A stretch of DNA of 64,000 nucleotides from an uncultured Ruminococcus sp. (lineage in GTDB: Bacteria > Bacillota > Clostridia > Oscillospirales > CAG-272), in assembly GCA_964434325.1 (NCBI GenBank), contig CAYSUO010000004.1, positions 1,661 through 65,660 of the forward strand, in the 5' to 3' direction. Under the pieces are notes generated by a model. The model did no database searches and was not told the origin of the DNA. It saw only the letters and a list, made by a program, of their open reading frames with translations. Below are positions 17,556 through 27,059 of the stretch, piece after piece (the first letter of the stretch is position 1; every line of letters starts with the position of its first letter). Both the position numbers and the translations under genes were made by a program.

Positions 17556-19460
17556 TCACTTCTTCGATATAGCGCCGAACTTACAGCCCGCCATACAAGC
17601 ACCGCACTTGATGCACTTTGCGGTATCTATCGAGAATGACGGAAGCTTGTGTCCAGGAGCGATATAGTCGGTCTTTGTAATTGCATCGACGGGGCAGTTC
17701 TTGGCGCACTTGCCGCAGCCTATGCACTTGTCCTTGTCTATTGAGAACGAGAGCAGTCCCTTGCATACCCCAGCGGGGCACTTCTTGTCAACGACGTGGG
17801 CAATGTATTCGTCGCGGAAGAATTTGAGCGTTGCCAAAACGGGGTTGGGCGCCGTCTGTCCGAGTCCACAAAGCGAATTTGCCTTTATGTAGTTGCAAAG
17901 CTCTTCGAGCTTGTCTATATCTTCGAGCGTGCCCTTGCCCGCCGTAATCTTTTCGAGGATTTCGAGAAGCCTTCTCGTTCCCACGCGGCACGGCGTGCAC
18001 TTTCCGCACGACTCGTCGACGGTGAATTCAAGGAAGAACTTAGCCATATCGACCATGCAACTGTCCTCGTCCATAACGATGAGACCGCCCGAGCCCATCA
18101 TACAGCCGATGGAAACGAGGTTGTCGTAGTCCACCTCGGTATTTATAAGGCTCGCGGGAATACAGCCGCCAGAGGGGCCGCCCGTCTGCGCGGCCTTGAA
18201 CTTCTTGCCGTTCGGGATACCGCCGCCTATCTCGTTGATTATCTCGTCGAGCGTCGTTCCCATGGGGATCTCAACAAGCCCCGTGTGCTTTATCTTTCCG
18301 CCGAGCGCAAAGACCTTGGTGCCCTTTGAGCGCTCCGTTCCCATGGAGGCAAACCATTCGGCGCCTTTGAGGATGATCTGGGGAACGTTGGCAAAGGTCT
18401 CAACGTTGTTTTCAACCGTCGGGCAACCGAAAAGACCCTTGACGGCGGGGTACGGAGGACGCGGACGCGGCTCGCCGCGGTTTCCTTCTATCGAGGTCAT
18501 GAGCGCGGTCTCCTCGCCGCAAACGAAGGCGCCCGCTCCGAGCCTTATCTCCATATCGAAGTCGAAGCCCGTTCCAAAGATGTTCTTTCCGAGTATCCCC
18601 GCGGCGCGAGCCGACTGAATCGCCTTTTCAAGCCTGTTGACGGCGATGGGATATTCCGCTCTGACGTAAACGTAGCCCTGATTTGCGCCTATCGCATAGC
18701 CGCATATCGCCATAGCCTCTATGAGGCAGTGGGGGTCACCTTCAAGGACGGAGCGGTCCATAAATGCGCCAGGGTCTCCCTCGTCCGCGTTACAAACGAC
18801 GTATTTCTGGGGTGCGTCCGCAACGAGCGACCACTTGCGCCCCGTGGGGAAGCCGCCGCCTCCTCTGCCGCGAAGCCCCGAGTCCATAATCGTCTTGATA
18901 ACGTCCTTCGGGGTACATTCGGTGAGCACCTTGGCGAGCGCCTGATAGCCGTCGAGCGCTATGTATTCGTCGATGTCCTCGGGGTTTATAACGCCGCAGT
19001 TGCGAAGCGCAACTCGTATCTGCTTCTTGTAGAAGTCGGTCTCGTTGAGCGACTTTATAGTTCCGTCGGAGTTGACCGTCTCGTTGTAGAGCAGGTCAAG
19101 CACGGGAGCGCCGCCTATCAGGTGCTCCTCCACGATCCTCGGAATGCTCTCGCTCTTGACCATCGAGTAGAAGCAGCCCTCGGGGTAAACTATCATGATG
19201 GGACCGAGCGCACAAAGCCCGAAGCAGCCCGTCATAATAACCTGAACGTCTTTTTCTATGTTGTTCTTCTTTATCTCTTCGTTGAGCTTCCTAACGAGCT
19301 CGTCGCTATGCGAAGAGGTGCAGCCCGTGCCGCCGCAAACAAGCACGGTGTACTTGTAGTCGGACGTGGCTTCGTTGGCTATCGCTTCTCCCGCCTTGCG
19401 GAGCACGACCTTTTTCAAAGCCGCGGCGCGCGCGGAATTCAGTTCGGCAACTGTTTTCAT
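17556..19460 (-). CDS. hydB: NuoF-like flavoprotein subunit HydB (NADH/FMN-binding, with Fe-S domains)
   Basis: ORF 17556..19502, with the start moved to MKTVAELN (19460). GLRGRGGGGFPTG is the NuoF FMN/NAD motif. The C-terminus carries 2x CxxCxxCxxxCP. Confidence 0.9.
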   Translation of the reverse strand: MKTVAELNSARAAALKKVVLRKAGEAIANEATSDYKYTVLVCGGTGCTSSHSDELVRKLNEEIKKNNIEKDVQVIMTGCFGLCALGPIMIVYPEGCFYSMVKSESIPRIVEEHLIGGAPVLDLLYNETVNSDGTIKSLNETDFYKKQIRVALRNCGVINPEDIDEYIALDGYQALAKVLTECTPKDVIKTIMDSGLRGRGGGGFPTGRKWSLVADAPQKYVVCNADEGDPGAFMDRSVLEGDPHCLIEAMAICGYAIGANQGYVYVRAEYPIAVNRLEKAIQSARAAGILGKNIFGTGFDFDMEIRLGAGAFVCGEETALMTSIEGNRGEPRPRPPYPAVKGLFGCPTVENNVETFANVPQIILKGAEWFASMGTERSKGTKVFALGGKIKHTGLVEIPMGTTLDEIINEIGGGIPNGKKFKAAQTGGPSGGCIPASLINTEVDYDNLVSIGCMMGSGGLIVMDEDSCMVDMAKFFLEFTVDESCGKCTPCRVGTRRLLEILEKITAGKGTLEDIDKLEELCNYIKANSLCGLGQTAPNPVLATLKFFRDEYIAHVVDKKCPAGVCKGLLSFSIDKDKCIGCGKCAKNCPVDAITKTDYIAPGHKLPSFSIDTAKCIKCGACMAGCKFGAISKK

Positions 19461-19498
19461 TATGCTTTCATCCTTTCTTCCTTGTCTTGTCAGTCTTG

Positions 19499-19996
19499 TC
19501 AATTCTGATATTTTGCCACGATGCCTTCAACGTCGGCGGCAGTCAAGCGGCCATAGACCTCGTCGTTGATGGTGAGGACGGGGGCAAGCCCGCAAGCGCC
19601 GATGCAACGGCAAGCGGTAAGAGAGAATTTTCTGTCGGGCGTGCATTCGTCTCCCGCTATTCCAAGCACCTCTTGAAGCTTGTCGTAGATCTCGCCCGAG
19701 CCCTTGACGTAGCAAGCCGTCCCGAGGCAAACGGAAATGTGGCATTCGCCCTTAGGAGTGAGAGAAAACTGCGCGTAGAACGTGGAAACGCCGTAGACCT
19801 TTTCGAGTGGAACGTCCATGCCTTCCGCGATCCGCGCCTGTACCTCGACGGGAAGGTATCCGTAAATATCCTGGGCCTGTTGCATAACGCCCATGAGGCG
19901 GCTCTTGTCGTGCTTGTTCGCGGCGATTATCTCGTCAAGCCGTGCGTCCTGCTCTTTCGTGGATTTAAACGGAATGGTTGAAAGTTTTTTAAGCAT
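19499..19996 (-). CDS. hydC: NuoE-like [2Fe-2S] subunit HydC
   Basis: 165 aa. Diagnostic strings are CLGTACYVKG...CRCIGACGLAPV. Confidence 0.9.
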   Translation of the reverse strand: MLKKLSTIPFKSTKEQDARLDEIIAANKHDKSRLMGVMQQAQDIYGYLPVEVQARIAEGMDVPLEKVYGVSTFYAQFSLTPKGECHISVCLGTACYVKGSGEIYDKLQEVLGIAGDECTPDRKFSLTACRCIGACGLAPVLTINDEVYGRLTAADVEGIVAKYQN

Positions 19997-20136
19997 ACGT
20001 TATCATCCTTTCTTTATTTTTCTCGGCGCATTCGTATCGCCTCACCAAAGGGCTTCGCGGCGGAGGGTGGGCTCCGTGCGAAAGCGACGCGGCGCGACCG
20101 ATATATATATACAGATATACCTGTTATATCTTTTAC

Positions 20137-20165
20137 ATTATATCATATAAAAATATAAATTGCAA
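20137..20165 (-). promoter_or_regulatory. SigA-type promoter of hydCBA
   Basis: Minus strand reads TTGCAA, a 17-nt spacer, then TATAAT. On the plus strand these are 20160-20165 and 20137-20142. This leaves a GC-rich leader of about 130 nt. Confidence 0.5.
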
Positions 20166-20206
20166 TAGCAAACACGATATTTGTCAAAAAATTGTCAAAA
20201 TACTTT

Positions 20207-21034
20207 TTAGGCAAATTTTGCAAAATCGTTTTGTAAAAGAGCTATCAGCGCGTCGCCCACCGCGTGATCGCCTTCGGCTATTCTTCGTCCGTCGAGAAAA
20301 GCGGCGCGCCGCGCGAGCTTCGTCGTGCTCGTAACTATCGCGTCGTCCGCGCTCGCAAGCTCCGAGAGGGAAAAGCTCCGCTCGCGCACCTCGATCCCGA
20401 GCGTTTCCGCTAAGCGTATCAGCCGCCGCCGCGTTACCCCAGGGAGTATTCTTTCGTCGCACGGGTGCGTTATCAGCGCCCCGCCCTCAACGATGAAAAT
20501 GTTCGAGTGCGCGCATTCCGTCACCTCGCCCGAGCGAATGAGCACGGCTTCGTCGGCTCCCGCCTCCTCGGCGGCGCAAGCCGCCATAACGGAGCCGAGC
20601 AGGTTGAGGGTCTTGATATGGCAAAAGCTCTGCCTCATATCGGGGTACGAGATGAGCGTGAGCTCACCCTCCTTAGGCGGGGCATAGCTCTTGACGGTTA
20701 TCAAAAGATTGCCGTCGCCCGTGTCGCGCGGCGCGTGCCTCCTCTCGTCGGCTCGCGCCGAAAGCTGAAAATAGAGGAAGAACTCGTCGTAGCCGCTCCG
20801 CGCGGCACATTCGTTTATAAGTTCGCTGAATTTTCGCCGCGCCATTCCCACTCGAAGCCCGAGAAGCTCCGCATTGCCGAAAAAGCGCTCCACGTGCTCC
20901 TCTTCGAGATATATCCGCCCGCGCCGCCCTATGGCGGCATCGTACACCCCGTCTCCAAAAAAGAGCGCCCTGTCCGTCAAGGGTATCCTCGCCGTTTCCC
21001 AAGTTCCATATTCGCCGTTATAATAGGTAAGCAT
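20207..21034 (-). CDS. Class IV aminotransferase (D-amino-acid, branched-chain or ADC-lyase fold)
   Basis: 275 aa. DRALFFGDGVYD...E.HV.RF and the overall length fit fold-type IV PLP enzymes. The substrate cannot be determined from the sequence. Confidence 0.75.
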   Translation of the reverse strand: MLTYYNGEYGTWETARIPLTDRALFFGDGVYDAAIGRRGRIYLEEEHVERFFGNAELLGLRVGMARRKFSELINECAARSGYDEFFLYFQLSARADERRHAPRDTGDGNLLITVKSYAPPKEGELTLISYPDMRQSFCHIKTLNLLGSVMAACAAEEAGADEAVLIRSGEVTECAHSNIFIVEGGALITHPCDERILPGVTRRRLIRLAETLGIEVRERSFSLSELASADDAIVTSTTKLARRAAFLDGRRIAEGDHAVGDALIALLQNDFAKFA

Positions 21035-21164
21035 TTCCGCACCTCCTGCCGTAACTGCTATATACTATTCCCGAGCTTAGCTTTTTGCCACGTCGAATCG
21101 CAAAAGCCGACTGCCGTATGCCGTTTCGACACTGCGTTTTTCGCGTCGAAGCGTAATTCGCAAA

Positions 21165-21195
21165 ATAAAAAAGGAGCTTGTTCGCTCCTTTTTCA
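21165..21195 (-). terminator. Rho-independent terminator after the phosphoesterase gene
   Basis: Minus strand reads AAAAAGGAGCgaacaaGCTCCTTTTTTATTTT. Confidence 0.8.
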
Positions 21196-21210
21196 CGCTT
21201 GCCCGAAGGT

Positions 21211-21756
21211 TTAAAAGTGCTTCGCCTCGATTGGCGTGCCGTCGAGTTTTTTTAGGGTAAAGCATCTGTCCTCATATATGATATAGGTGCGCTCGCTGCC
21301 GCCCTTCGGTATGGCGGCGGAGCCTGGGTTTATGTAGAAAACGCCCGAAGCGAGCTTCCTCATCGCGTAGAGGTGCGTGTGCCCAGTGAGCAGTATCTCT
21401 CCCGCTGAAAGCGGTGGCGGAGCGTCCTCCCCGCATTTGTGCCCGTGCGTCGCGTAAACCGTCAGCCCGTCGAGCGCGAAATAGGCATAGTCTGCCAAGA
21501 TGGGGAAGGTGAGCACCATCTGATCGACCTCGGTGTCACAGTTGCCTCGCACCGCCAAAAGCTTTTCCGCGTTCGCGTTCAAAAGCTCGATGACGCGCTT
21601 CGGCGCGTAGTGCGGCGGAAGCTCGTTTCTCGGTCCGTGATAGAGAATATCGCCGAGCAAAAGGAGCTTTTCAGCCTCCTCGCGGCGGTAGGCTTCAAGT
21701 ATTTTTTCGGCGCTCTCCGCGTCGCCGTGTATATCGGAGCATATCAAAAGCTTCAT
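21211..21756 (-). CDS. YfcE/MJ0936-type metallophosphoesterase
   Basis: Diagnostic strings are MKLLICSDIHGD...GDILYHGPRN...RGNCD...THGH...GHTH. The start at 21756 lies inside ORF 21211..21813. Confidence 0.85.
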   Translation of the reverse strand: MKLLICSDIHGDAESAEKILEAYRREEAEKLLLLGDILYHGPRNELPPHYAPKRVIELLNANAEKLLAVRGNCDTEVDQMVLTFPILADYAYFALDGLTVYATHGHKCGEDAPPPLSAGEILLTGHTHLYAMRKLASGVFYINPGSAAIPKGGSERTYIIYEDRCFTLKKLDGTPIEAKHF

Positions 21757-21985
21757 TTTATTTTCCGTTCCGCCGCTTTCGCGGCTGTTGAATTGGTTTT
21801 GCACGCGTCGCATTTAGGTGATTTAATGAAACGCCCATTCGAGAAATTAAATATAAAAGCGTCAAAAGTTAGAGCGAAGCTTCCGCTTTTTTACGGTATC
21901 TTCGCTCTTTTCGTTTATGCCTCAATAAAGCGGCACCGTTTTGTAGTTTTCAAAGATTTATTCCGTCAAGGTGTCGATTTTTCGG

Positions 21986-23113
21986 TCAAACGAAGAGGTT
22001 TAAACCGAAGGTCATTAGCGATAAGACGAGAAAGAGTATCGTTCCCACGTTGCCGAGTACCGCCCCCGCCGTCCTGTGCTCTGGTATCCGTATCGGCGCG
22101 TTCCTGTTGACGTAGATGAGCCTGTTTCGTATCGCATAAACGAGTATCGCTATCCCCGCGATAACCATCGCATACTGTATCATCGCGTAGGAGCCGACGC
22201 CCATCAGCGCCAGCATATATTCCTTTATCGCCTCCGCCGTCTCGGGGATCCCTCCCGCAAGAAGCGTCTCCTGCATATCAACGACGGGGAGCGCCACGAT
22301 GGAGCCGAAAAAGTTTATCACCGCGTGCATAAGCATCGTGTAGCGCACGTCGCCCGTCTTCGTGTATATATATCCGAGAACAAGCCCGAGAAGCGCCGCA
22401 TAAAAGAATTGATAGAAATTGCCGTGGAAAAGCCCGAAGGCGACCGCGGAAACTATTATCGCCAGCTTGTCGCCGTATTTTGAAATGCGGTCTATCATCA
22501 GCTTCCTGAATAGAAGCTCTTCGACGATGGGCGCCACAATGACGACCACGAGAAAAATGAGCCAAACGGGTGAGTTTTCTATGAGCTCCGACGTTGCGTT
22601 TCCTACATCTTCGCCGCGCAAAGCGCCGACAACGCCGTTTATCCAGGTGCCCATTATGTTTCCGACGTACATAAACGCCTCCGCCACGAGGAGCAGGGCG
22701 AAGAAGTCCTTCGCGCCAAGCTTCGTTTTCTTTCGCGGCGTAACTTCCATCTTCCTGATTATCAGATAGAATACGGGGAAGCCGATGACATACATCGGGG
22801 CAACGCCCATCAGCCATTGAAACCATACCTGCTCCGCAAGGTCCTGATAAAACCATTGCGGCGTGTTCAGCGCTAATATGAGCTCCACCGCGATTATGAC
22901 GACGTAAGCCGCAACGCTGTAAAGCAAGAGCCCCAAGGCATAGCGAGAAAAGGTGCCGCGCGCCTCTTTGACTATTCCGTTCTCAAAATCGCCGTATCCG
23001 CCGAAGCCGCTCTCGCGCCGTCTCCTCGCGCCGTCGGCAAAAACGTTGTCGCTATCGTCTTCAAAAATATTTTTCGGGCGATCCCAATTGTTGAAGCTTT
23101 CGTTATTATCCAT
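21986..23113 (-). CDS. CPBP-family intramembrane glutamic endopeptidase (CAAX protease-like)
   Basis: Multi-TM protein. Diagnostic strings are IVEELLFRKL...FGLFHGN...MLMHAVINF. Confidence 0.85.
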   Translation of the reverse strand: MDNNESFNNWDRPKNIFEDDSDNVFADGARRRRESGFGGYGDFENGIVKEARGTFSRYALGLLLYSVAAYVVIIAVELILALNTPQWFYQDLAEQVWFQWLMGVAPMYVIGFPVFYLIIRKMEVTPRKKTKLGAKDFFALLLVAEAFMYVGNIMGTWINGVVGALRGEDVGNATSELIENSPVWLIFLVVVIVAPIVEELLFRKLMIDRISKYGDKLAIIVSAVAFGLFHGNFYQFFYAALLGLVLGYIYTKTGDVRYTMLMHAVINFFGSIVALPVVDMQETLLAGGIPETAEAIKEYMLALMGVGSYAMIQYAMVIAGIAILVYAIRNRLIYVNRNAPIRIPEHRTAGAVLGNVGTILFLVLSLMTFGLNLFV

Positions 23114-23182
23114 AAGCTCTCCGATCCTTTGTAAGCTTATTCCGTCGTTTTCACGAGGATGAGTTGCGTGAATCTATCCGTT

Positions 23183-23303
23183 GAAGTTCACCGTTCACGC
23201 GCGGTGTGCCGCCGCCATGGGCGGTATTGAGCTTTAAACGTGATGGTTTGTTCTGTTATGCTGAAATTCACCGTCCACACGCGGTGTGCTGCCGTTATGG
23301 GCG
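23183..23303 (+). repeat. Two 41-bp direct repeats spaced 80 bp apart
   Basis: GAAGTTCACCGTTCACGCGCGGTGTGCCGCCGCCATGGGCG at 23183 versus GAAATTCACCGTCCACACGCGGTGTGCTGCCGTTATGGGCG at 23263. A related hairpin, TGTGCCGCgctatgGCGGCACA, lies at about 7392-7413. Confidence 0.8.
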
Positions 23304-23450
23304 TGAGAACAATATCATTTTAGCACTAAACGCTCGTCAAAACAATAATAAATTGTAAAATCTTTTTGTATTTTTTGCTTTTTATATATTTTGACGAAAA
23401 ATGCGCGCAACTTTTCTACGCTTTTGATAGCCTATTTTTCGCCAAATTTG

Positions 23451-23479
23451 TTGCAATTACGGTAATAATGTGATAAAAT
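23451..23479 (+). promoter_or_regulatory. SigA-type promoter with extended -10
   Basis: TTGCAA (23451-23456), a 17-nt spacer ending in TGA, then TAAAAT (23474-23479). Confidence 0.55.
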
Positions 23480-23542
23480 AATTCTGTTATTTTGAAAATC
23501 GAGAAACGTATTCGTGCCGCTTTGCGGCAGAGGGAGAGAGAA

Positions 23543-25030
23543 ATGTTTAAGGCGGGTTTTGACAACGAAAAGTATTTAAAGCTTCAATCGCAAAAAATAA
23601 AGGAGCGCATAGCCCTTTTTGGCGAGAAGCTGTATCTGGAATTTGGAGGGAAGCTCTTCGACGATTTTCACGCGTCGCGTGTCTTGCCTGGCTTCGAGCC
23701 CGACAGCAAGATAAGAATGCTCATCGAGCTTAAAGACGAGGCGGAGATCATCATCGCGATAAATACCGCGGACATAGAAAAAAACAAGGTGCGCGGCGAC
23801 CTCGGCATAACCTACGACCTTGACGTTTTGCGTCTCATCGACGCATTTCGCGGCTACGGGCTCTACGTCGGCTCCGTCGTTATGACGCGCTATAAGGACA
23901 ACCCCGTTGCGGAGGCGTTCAAGCAAAAGCTTGAAAATCTCGGTATCAAGGTCTATAAGCACTACGCCATAAACGGCTATCCGCACAATATCCCCTACAT
24001 AATTTCCGACGAGGGCTTCGGAAAGAACGAATATGCCGAAACCTCGCGCTCCCTCGTCGTCGTAACGGCGCCAGGGCCAGGCTCTGGGAAAATGGCGACC
24101 TGCCTCTCACAAATATATCACGAAAATAAAATGGGAAAGAAATCGGGCTACGCCAAGTTCGAGACCTTCCCGATATGGAATATTCCGCTCTCTCACCCCG
24201 TCAATTTGGCGTACGAGGCGGCAACGGCGGATCTCGCCGACGTCAATATGATAGATCCCTTTCATTTGGAAGCCTACGGAACGAGCACGGTGAATTATAA
24301 CCGTGACGTCGAGGTCTTTCCCGTCCTCCGCGCAATGCTCGCTGGCATTCTCGGTGAGTGCCCTTATAAGTCGCCCACGGATATGGGCGTCAATATGGCG
24401 GGATTCTGTATCTACGACGATGAAGCGGTCTGCCGCGCGGCGAAGCAGGAAATAATTCGCCGATACTATTCCGCCCTCGCCGCTGTTCGCAAGGGAACGG
24501 GAAGTGACGTCGAGGTGCAAAAGATAGAGCTCCTGCTCCAAAAGCTGGCAGTCGACGTGAAGGCGGAGCGCGCTTGCATAGAGCCCGCGCTCTTGAAGGC
24601 GGAGGAAACGGGTGCTCCCGCCGTGGCGATAGAGCTCAATGACGGTAGGATAGTAACGGGTAAAACGAGCGCCCTGCTCGGCGCGTCCAGCGCCGCCCTC
24701 TTAAACGCCTTGAAGGCGATAGCGGGGATAAGCGACGAGCTCGATGTTATATCGCACGAAATTTTGGCTCCCATTCAAAGCCTGAAAACGGCGCACCTCG
24801 GAAATCATAACCCGCGCCTCCATACGGACGAGGTGCTAATCGCGCTCTCCATCTCCGCGGTCAATAGCCCCCTTGCTAAGCGCGCCCTCGAAGCGCTCCC
24901 CGCCTTGCGGCACGCGGAGGTGCATTCCACCGTCATTTTGGCGCAGGTGGATACGGACGTTTTCAGAAAGCTCGGAATAAAGCTCACTTGTGAGCCCAAA
25001 TATCAAACCAAGAAGCTCTTCCATCGCTGA
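23543..25030 (+). CDS. DUF1846 (UPF0371) family protein
   Basis: ORF 23492..25030. ATG 23543 follows GAGGGAGAGAGAA. It starts [19 protein letters not shown], which matches my recollection of the family N-terminus. Confidence 0.8.
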   Translation: MFKAGFDNEKYLKLQSQKIKERIALFGEKLYLEFGGKLFDDFHASRVLPGFEPDSKIRMLIELKDEAEIIIAINTADIEKNKVRGDLGITYDLDVLRLIDAFRGYGLYVGSVVMTRYKDNPVAEAFKQKLENLGIKVYKHYAINGYPHNIPYIISDEGFGKNEYAETSRSLVVVTAPGPGSGKMATCLSQIYHENKMGKKSGYAKFETFPIWNIPLSHPVNLAYEAATADLADVNMIDPFHLEAYGTSTVNYNRDVEVFPVLRAMLAGILGECPYKSPTDMGVNMAGFCIYDDEAVCRAAKQEIIRRYYSALAAVRKGTGSDVEVQKIELLLQKLAVDVKAERACIEPALLKAEETGAPAVAIELNDGRIVTGKTSALLGASSAALLNALKAIAGISDELDVISHEILAPIQSLKTAHLGNHNPRLHTDEVLIALSISAVNSPLAKRALEALPALRHAEVHSTVILAQVDTDVFRKLGIKLTCEPKYQTKKLFHR

Positions 25031-25039
25031 GCCGACTTT

Positions 25040-25240
25040 TGACCGAAGTGGGCACGCGGCACGCCCCCCGTGTTGCAAAAACAAAAGCTTTTCGCGAAAG
25101 GCGTAGCGCCGAATGCACTCGTAGCATAAAGCTGAAAGCTTCCCGCGGGTGGCGCGGCAACAAACGTACTCGTGCCGCAAAAGCTTCTTGCGAGAACATG
25201 GCACCAAGCATACCCGTGTCGCAAAATATATGAAAGGTTT
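25040..25240 (+). repeat. Degenerate copies of the CGTG(Y)(Y)GCAAAA motif family seen in the 991-1797 array
   Basis: CCCGTGTTGCAAAAAC, CTCGTGCCGCAAAAGC and CCCGTGTCGCAAAATA recur at intervals of about 65-90 bp. Confidence 0.5.
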
Positions 25241-25322
25241 TTGCAAGCCGTGCGACGCGCCTCAATTGAATTGTAAGATAGTATTGTAAATATAACATTA
25301 CGCTTATAGAAAGGAAAGCAGT

Positions 25323-26114
25323 ATGGAGTTCAACATAAATCATCCCATACTTTTCGTGATAGTCGGCGTGATAATAGCCGCCGTCCTCGCGCAATCCGTC
25401 TTTTTCCTCGTCAAATCGTATCGCCGCGCCAAGCGCATAGGCATGGATATGTCGAAGATACGAAAAACCATCACGGGTGCCGCCGTTTTCACGATAGCTC
25501 CCGCGGTTTCAATAGTAATCACCATTTTGACGCTCTCTAAATCGCTCGGCGTCGCCCTTCCTTGGCTTCGCCTCTCCGTCGTCGGCTCGCTCTCCTACGA
25601 GGCGATAGCCGCGGAGAACGCGGCGGCGGGAATGGGAACGAGCCTCGCAGAGCTCGCGAACGGAATGACCGCCTCGCAGTACGTCACCATCGCCCTCGTT
25701 ATGACCGTTTCGATAATGGTGGGCATCTGGCTCGTGCCCCTCGTCGGCAAGAAGATACAGAGCGGGCTCATCTCGTTTGAAAATCGCGATAAGAAGTGGA
25801 TGGACGTGTTGCAGTCATCGCTCTTCATCGGTATGATATCCGCCTTCCTCGGCTACGTCTTTTGCGATATATCGCGCCTCTGGCAGTCCGAGGGCGGCGT
25901 CTACACGGATAAGAGCGGCGTGCAATACACGGCGACATCGGGGCTCGTTCCCGTCCTCGTCATGCTGTCGAGCGCGCTTCTCATGTGCGCCATCGGCTTT
26001 CTCATCAAAAAGCTCAAATGGAAGTGGCTCAACGATTATGCGCTCCCCATCTGTATGGTGATAGGTATGGCGCTCGCCATTCCGTTTACGGCGCTTCTCG
26101 GCGGTAAGCTTTAA
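25323..26114 (+). CDS. Multi-pass membrane protein, DUF5058-like
   Basis: ORF 25323..26114 with SD GAAAGGAAAGCAGT. The family assignment is from memory of MEF..NHP...KSYRRA...WLRLSV-type sequences. Confidence 0.6.
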   Translation: MEFNINHPILFVIVGVIIAAVLAQSVFFLVKSYRRAKRIGMDMSKIRKTITGAAVFTIAPAVSIVITILTLSKSLGVALPWLRLSVVGSLSYEAIAAENAAAGMGTSLAELANGMTASQYVTIALVMTVSIMVGIWLVPLVGKKIQSGLISFENRDKKWMDVLQSSLFIGMISAFLGYVFCDISRLWQSEGGVYTDKSGVQYTATSGLVPVLVMLSSALLMCAIGFLIKKLKWKWLNDYALPICMVIGMALAIPFTALLGGKL

Positions 26115-26354
26115 ACCTTCGCACTTGGTGTAAGGGTAGTGCAAAATAAAATTTCAAAGCTTTGAAGCTCTCCTTTGCTGGAATTTACAGAGCGAAAGGG
26201 CAGAGTAAAACAAGCGCGTGAAGCTTGGGCTCTCCCGCTTTACAGTGCTTCGCATAGCAAAACGATAGAGCAAAATCAAAGCTATCTGCCCGCGAGCAAG
26301 TTTTTAAACGAAACGTAAAGCTTTCAAAGCTAAAATTGAAAGGTATGGTCTAAA

Positions 26355-27026
26355 ATGAAGAATAAGAAAGAATACAGCTATATGGACTCCGTTCACCGTG
26401 ACGGCAGAATATGGAACCTGACGATGATGTTCGTCCTTATGCTTTTTCCTGTCGTTGTCGGGCTCATCTTCTCGGCAGTCCCCGATTGGGCGGGCGTCGG
26501 CAAGGGGCTCCTCGCCACTGCCCCCATGTATTGGGCGGTCGGCGTCGTCGAGGTCATCACCTACGTCCCCATGCTCGGTGCGGGCGGCTCCTACCTCTCC
26601 TTCGTGACGGGCAACATCTCCAATTTGAAGCTTCCGTGCGCCCTGAATGCACTTGAAAACGCCGAAGTCTCCCCGCAAAGCGAGGAGGGCGAGATAGTTT
26701 CCACTATCGCCATCGCCACTTCGTCAATAGTAACGACGGTCATAATAATTCTCGGCGTCTGCCTTCTCATTCCCCTGACACCCGTGCTGTCAAATCCAGC
26801 CCTTTCTCCCGCCTTTGACCAAATGCTGCCCGCTCTCTTCGGCGCTCTCGGCGTCGCCTTCGTCTCAAAGAATTGGAAGATAGCGATAGCCCCCGTCGTT
26901 CTCATGCTCATTCTTTTCATCTTCGTTCCCGCGATAGATTCCACCATGGTCGGCATCATGGTTCCCGTCGGCGTCGTCTTCACCCTCGTCGTTTCCCGTT
27001 TGCTTTATAAAAAAGGGCTTATATAG
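26355..27026 (+). CDS. Multi-pass membrane protein of unknown function
   Basis: ORF 26355..27026 with about 6 hydrophobic segments. It lies between the DUF5058-like gene and the M20 peptidase gene. Confidence 0.6.
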   Translation: MKNKKEYSYMDSVHRDGRIWNLTMMFVLMLFPVVVGLIFSAVPDWAGVGKGLLATAPMYWAVGVVEVITYVPMLGAGGSYLSFVTGNISNLKLPCALNALENAEVSPQSEEGEIVSTIAIATSSIVTTVIIILGVCLLIPLTPVLSNPALSPAFDQMLPALFGALGVAFVSKNWKIAIAPVVLMLILFIFVPAIDSTMVGIMVPVGVVFTLVVSRLLYKKGLI

Positions 27027-27059
27027 CCGCGTTGCCGCCTCGGCGGCGGAAGGAGAAAT

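Noticed and set aside
20166-20206. Rex-type operator upstream of hydCBA (TTTGTCAAAAAATTGTCAAAA)
   Set aside because: The two TTGTCAA copies are direct repeats, not the inverted TTGTTAA..TTAACAA-type palindrome expected for Rex. I kept this only as a note.
26115-26354. Possible riboswitch or sRNA in the 240-nt gap between the two membrane-protein genes
   Set aside because: I saw only AAGCTT-type palindromes and no recognisable aptamer or terminator. The evidence is insufficient to call a feature.
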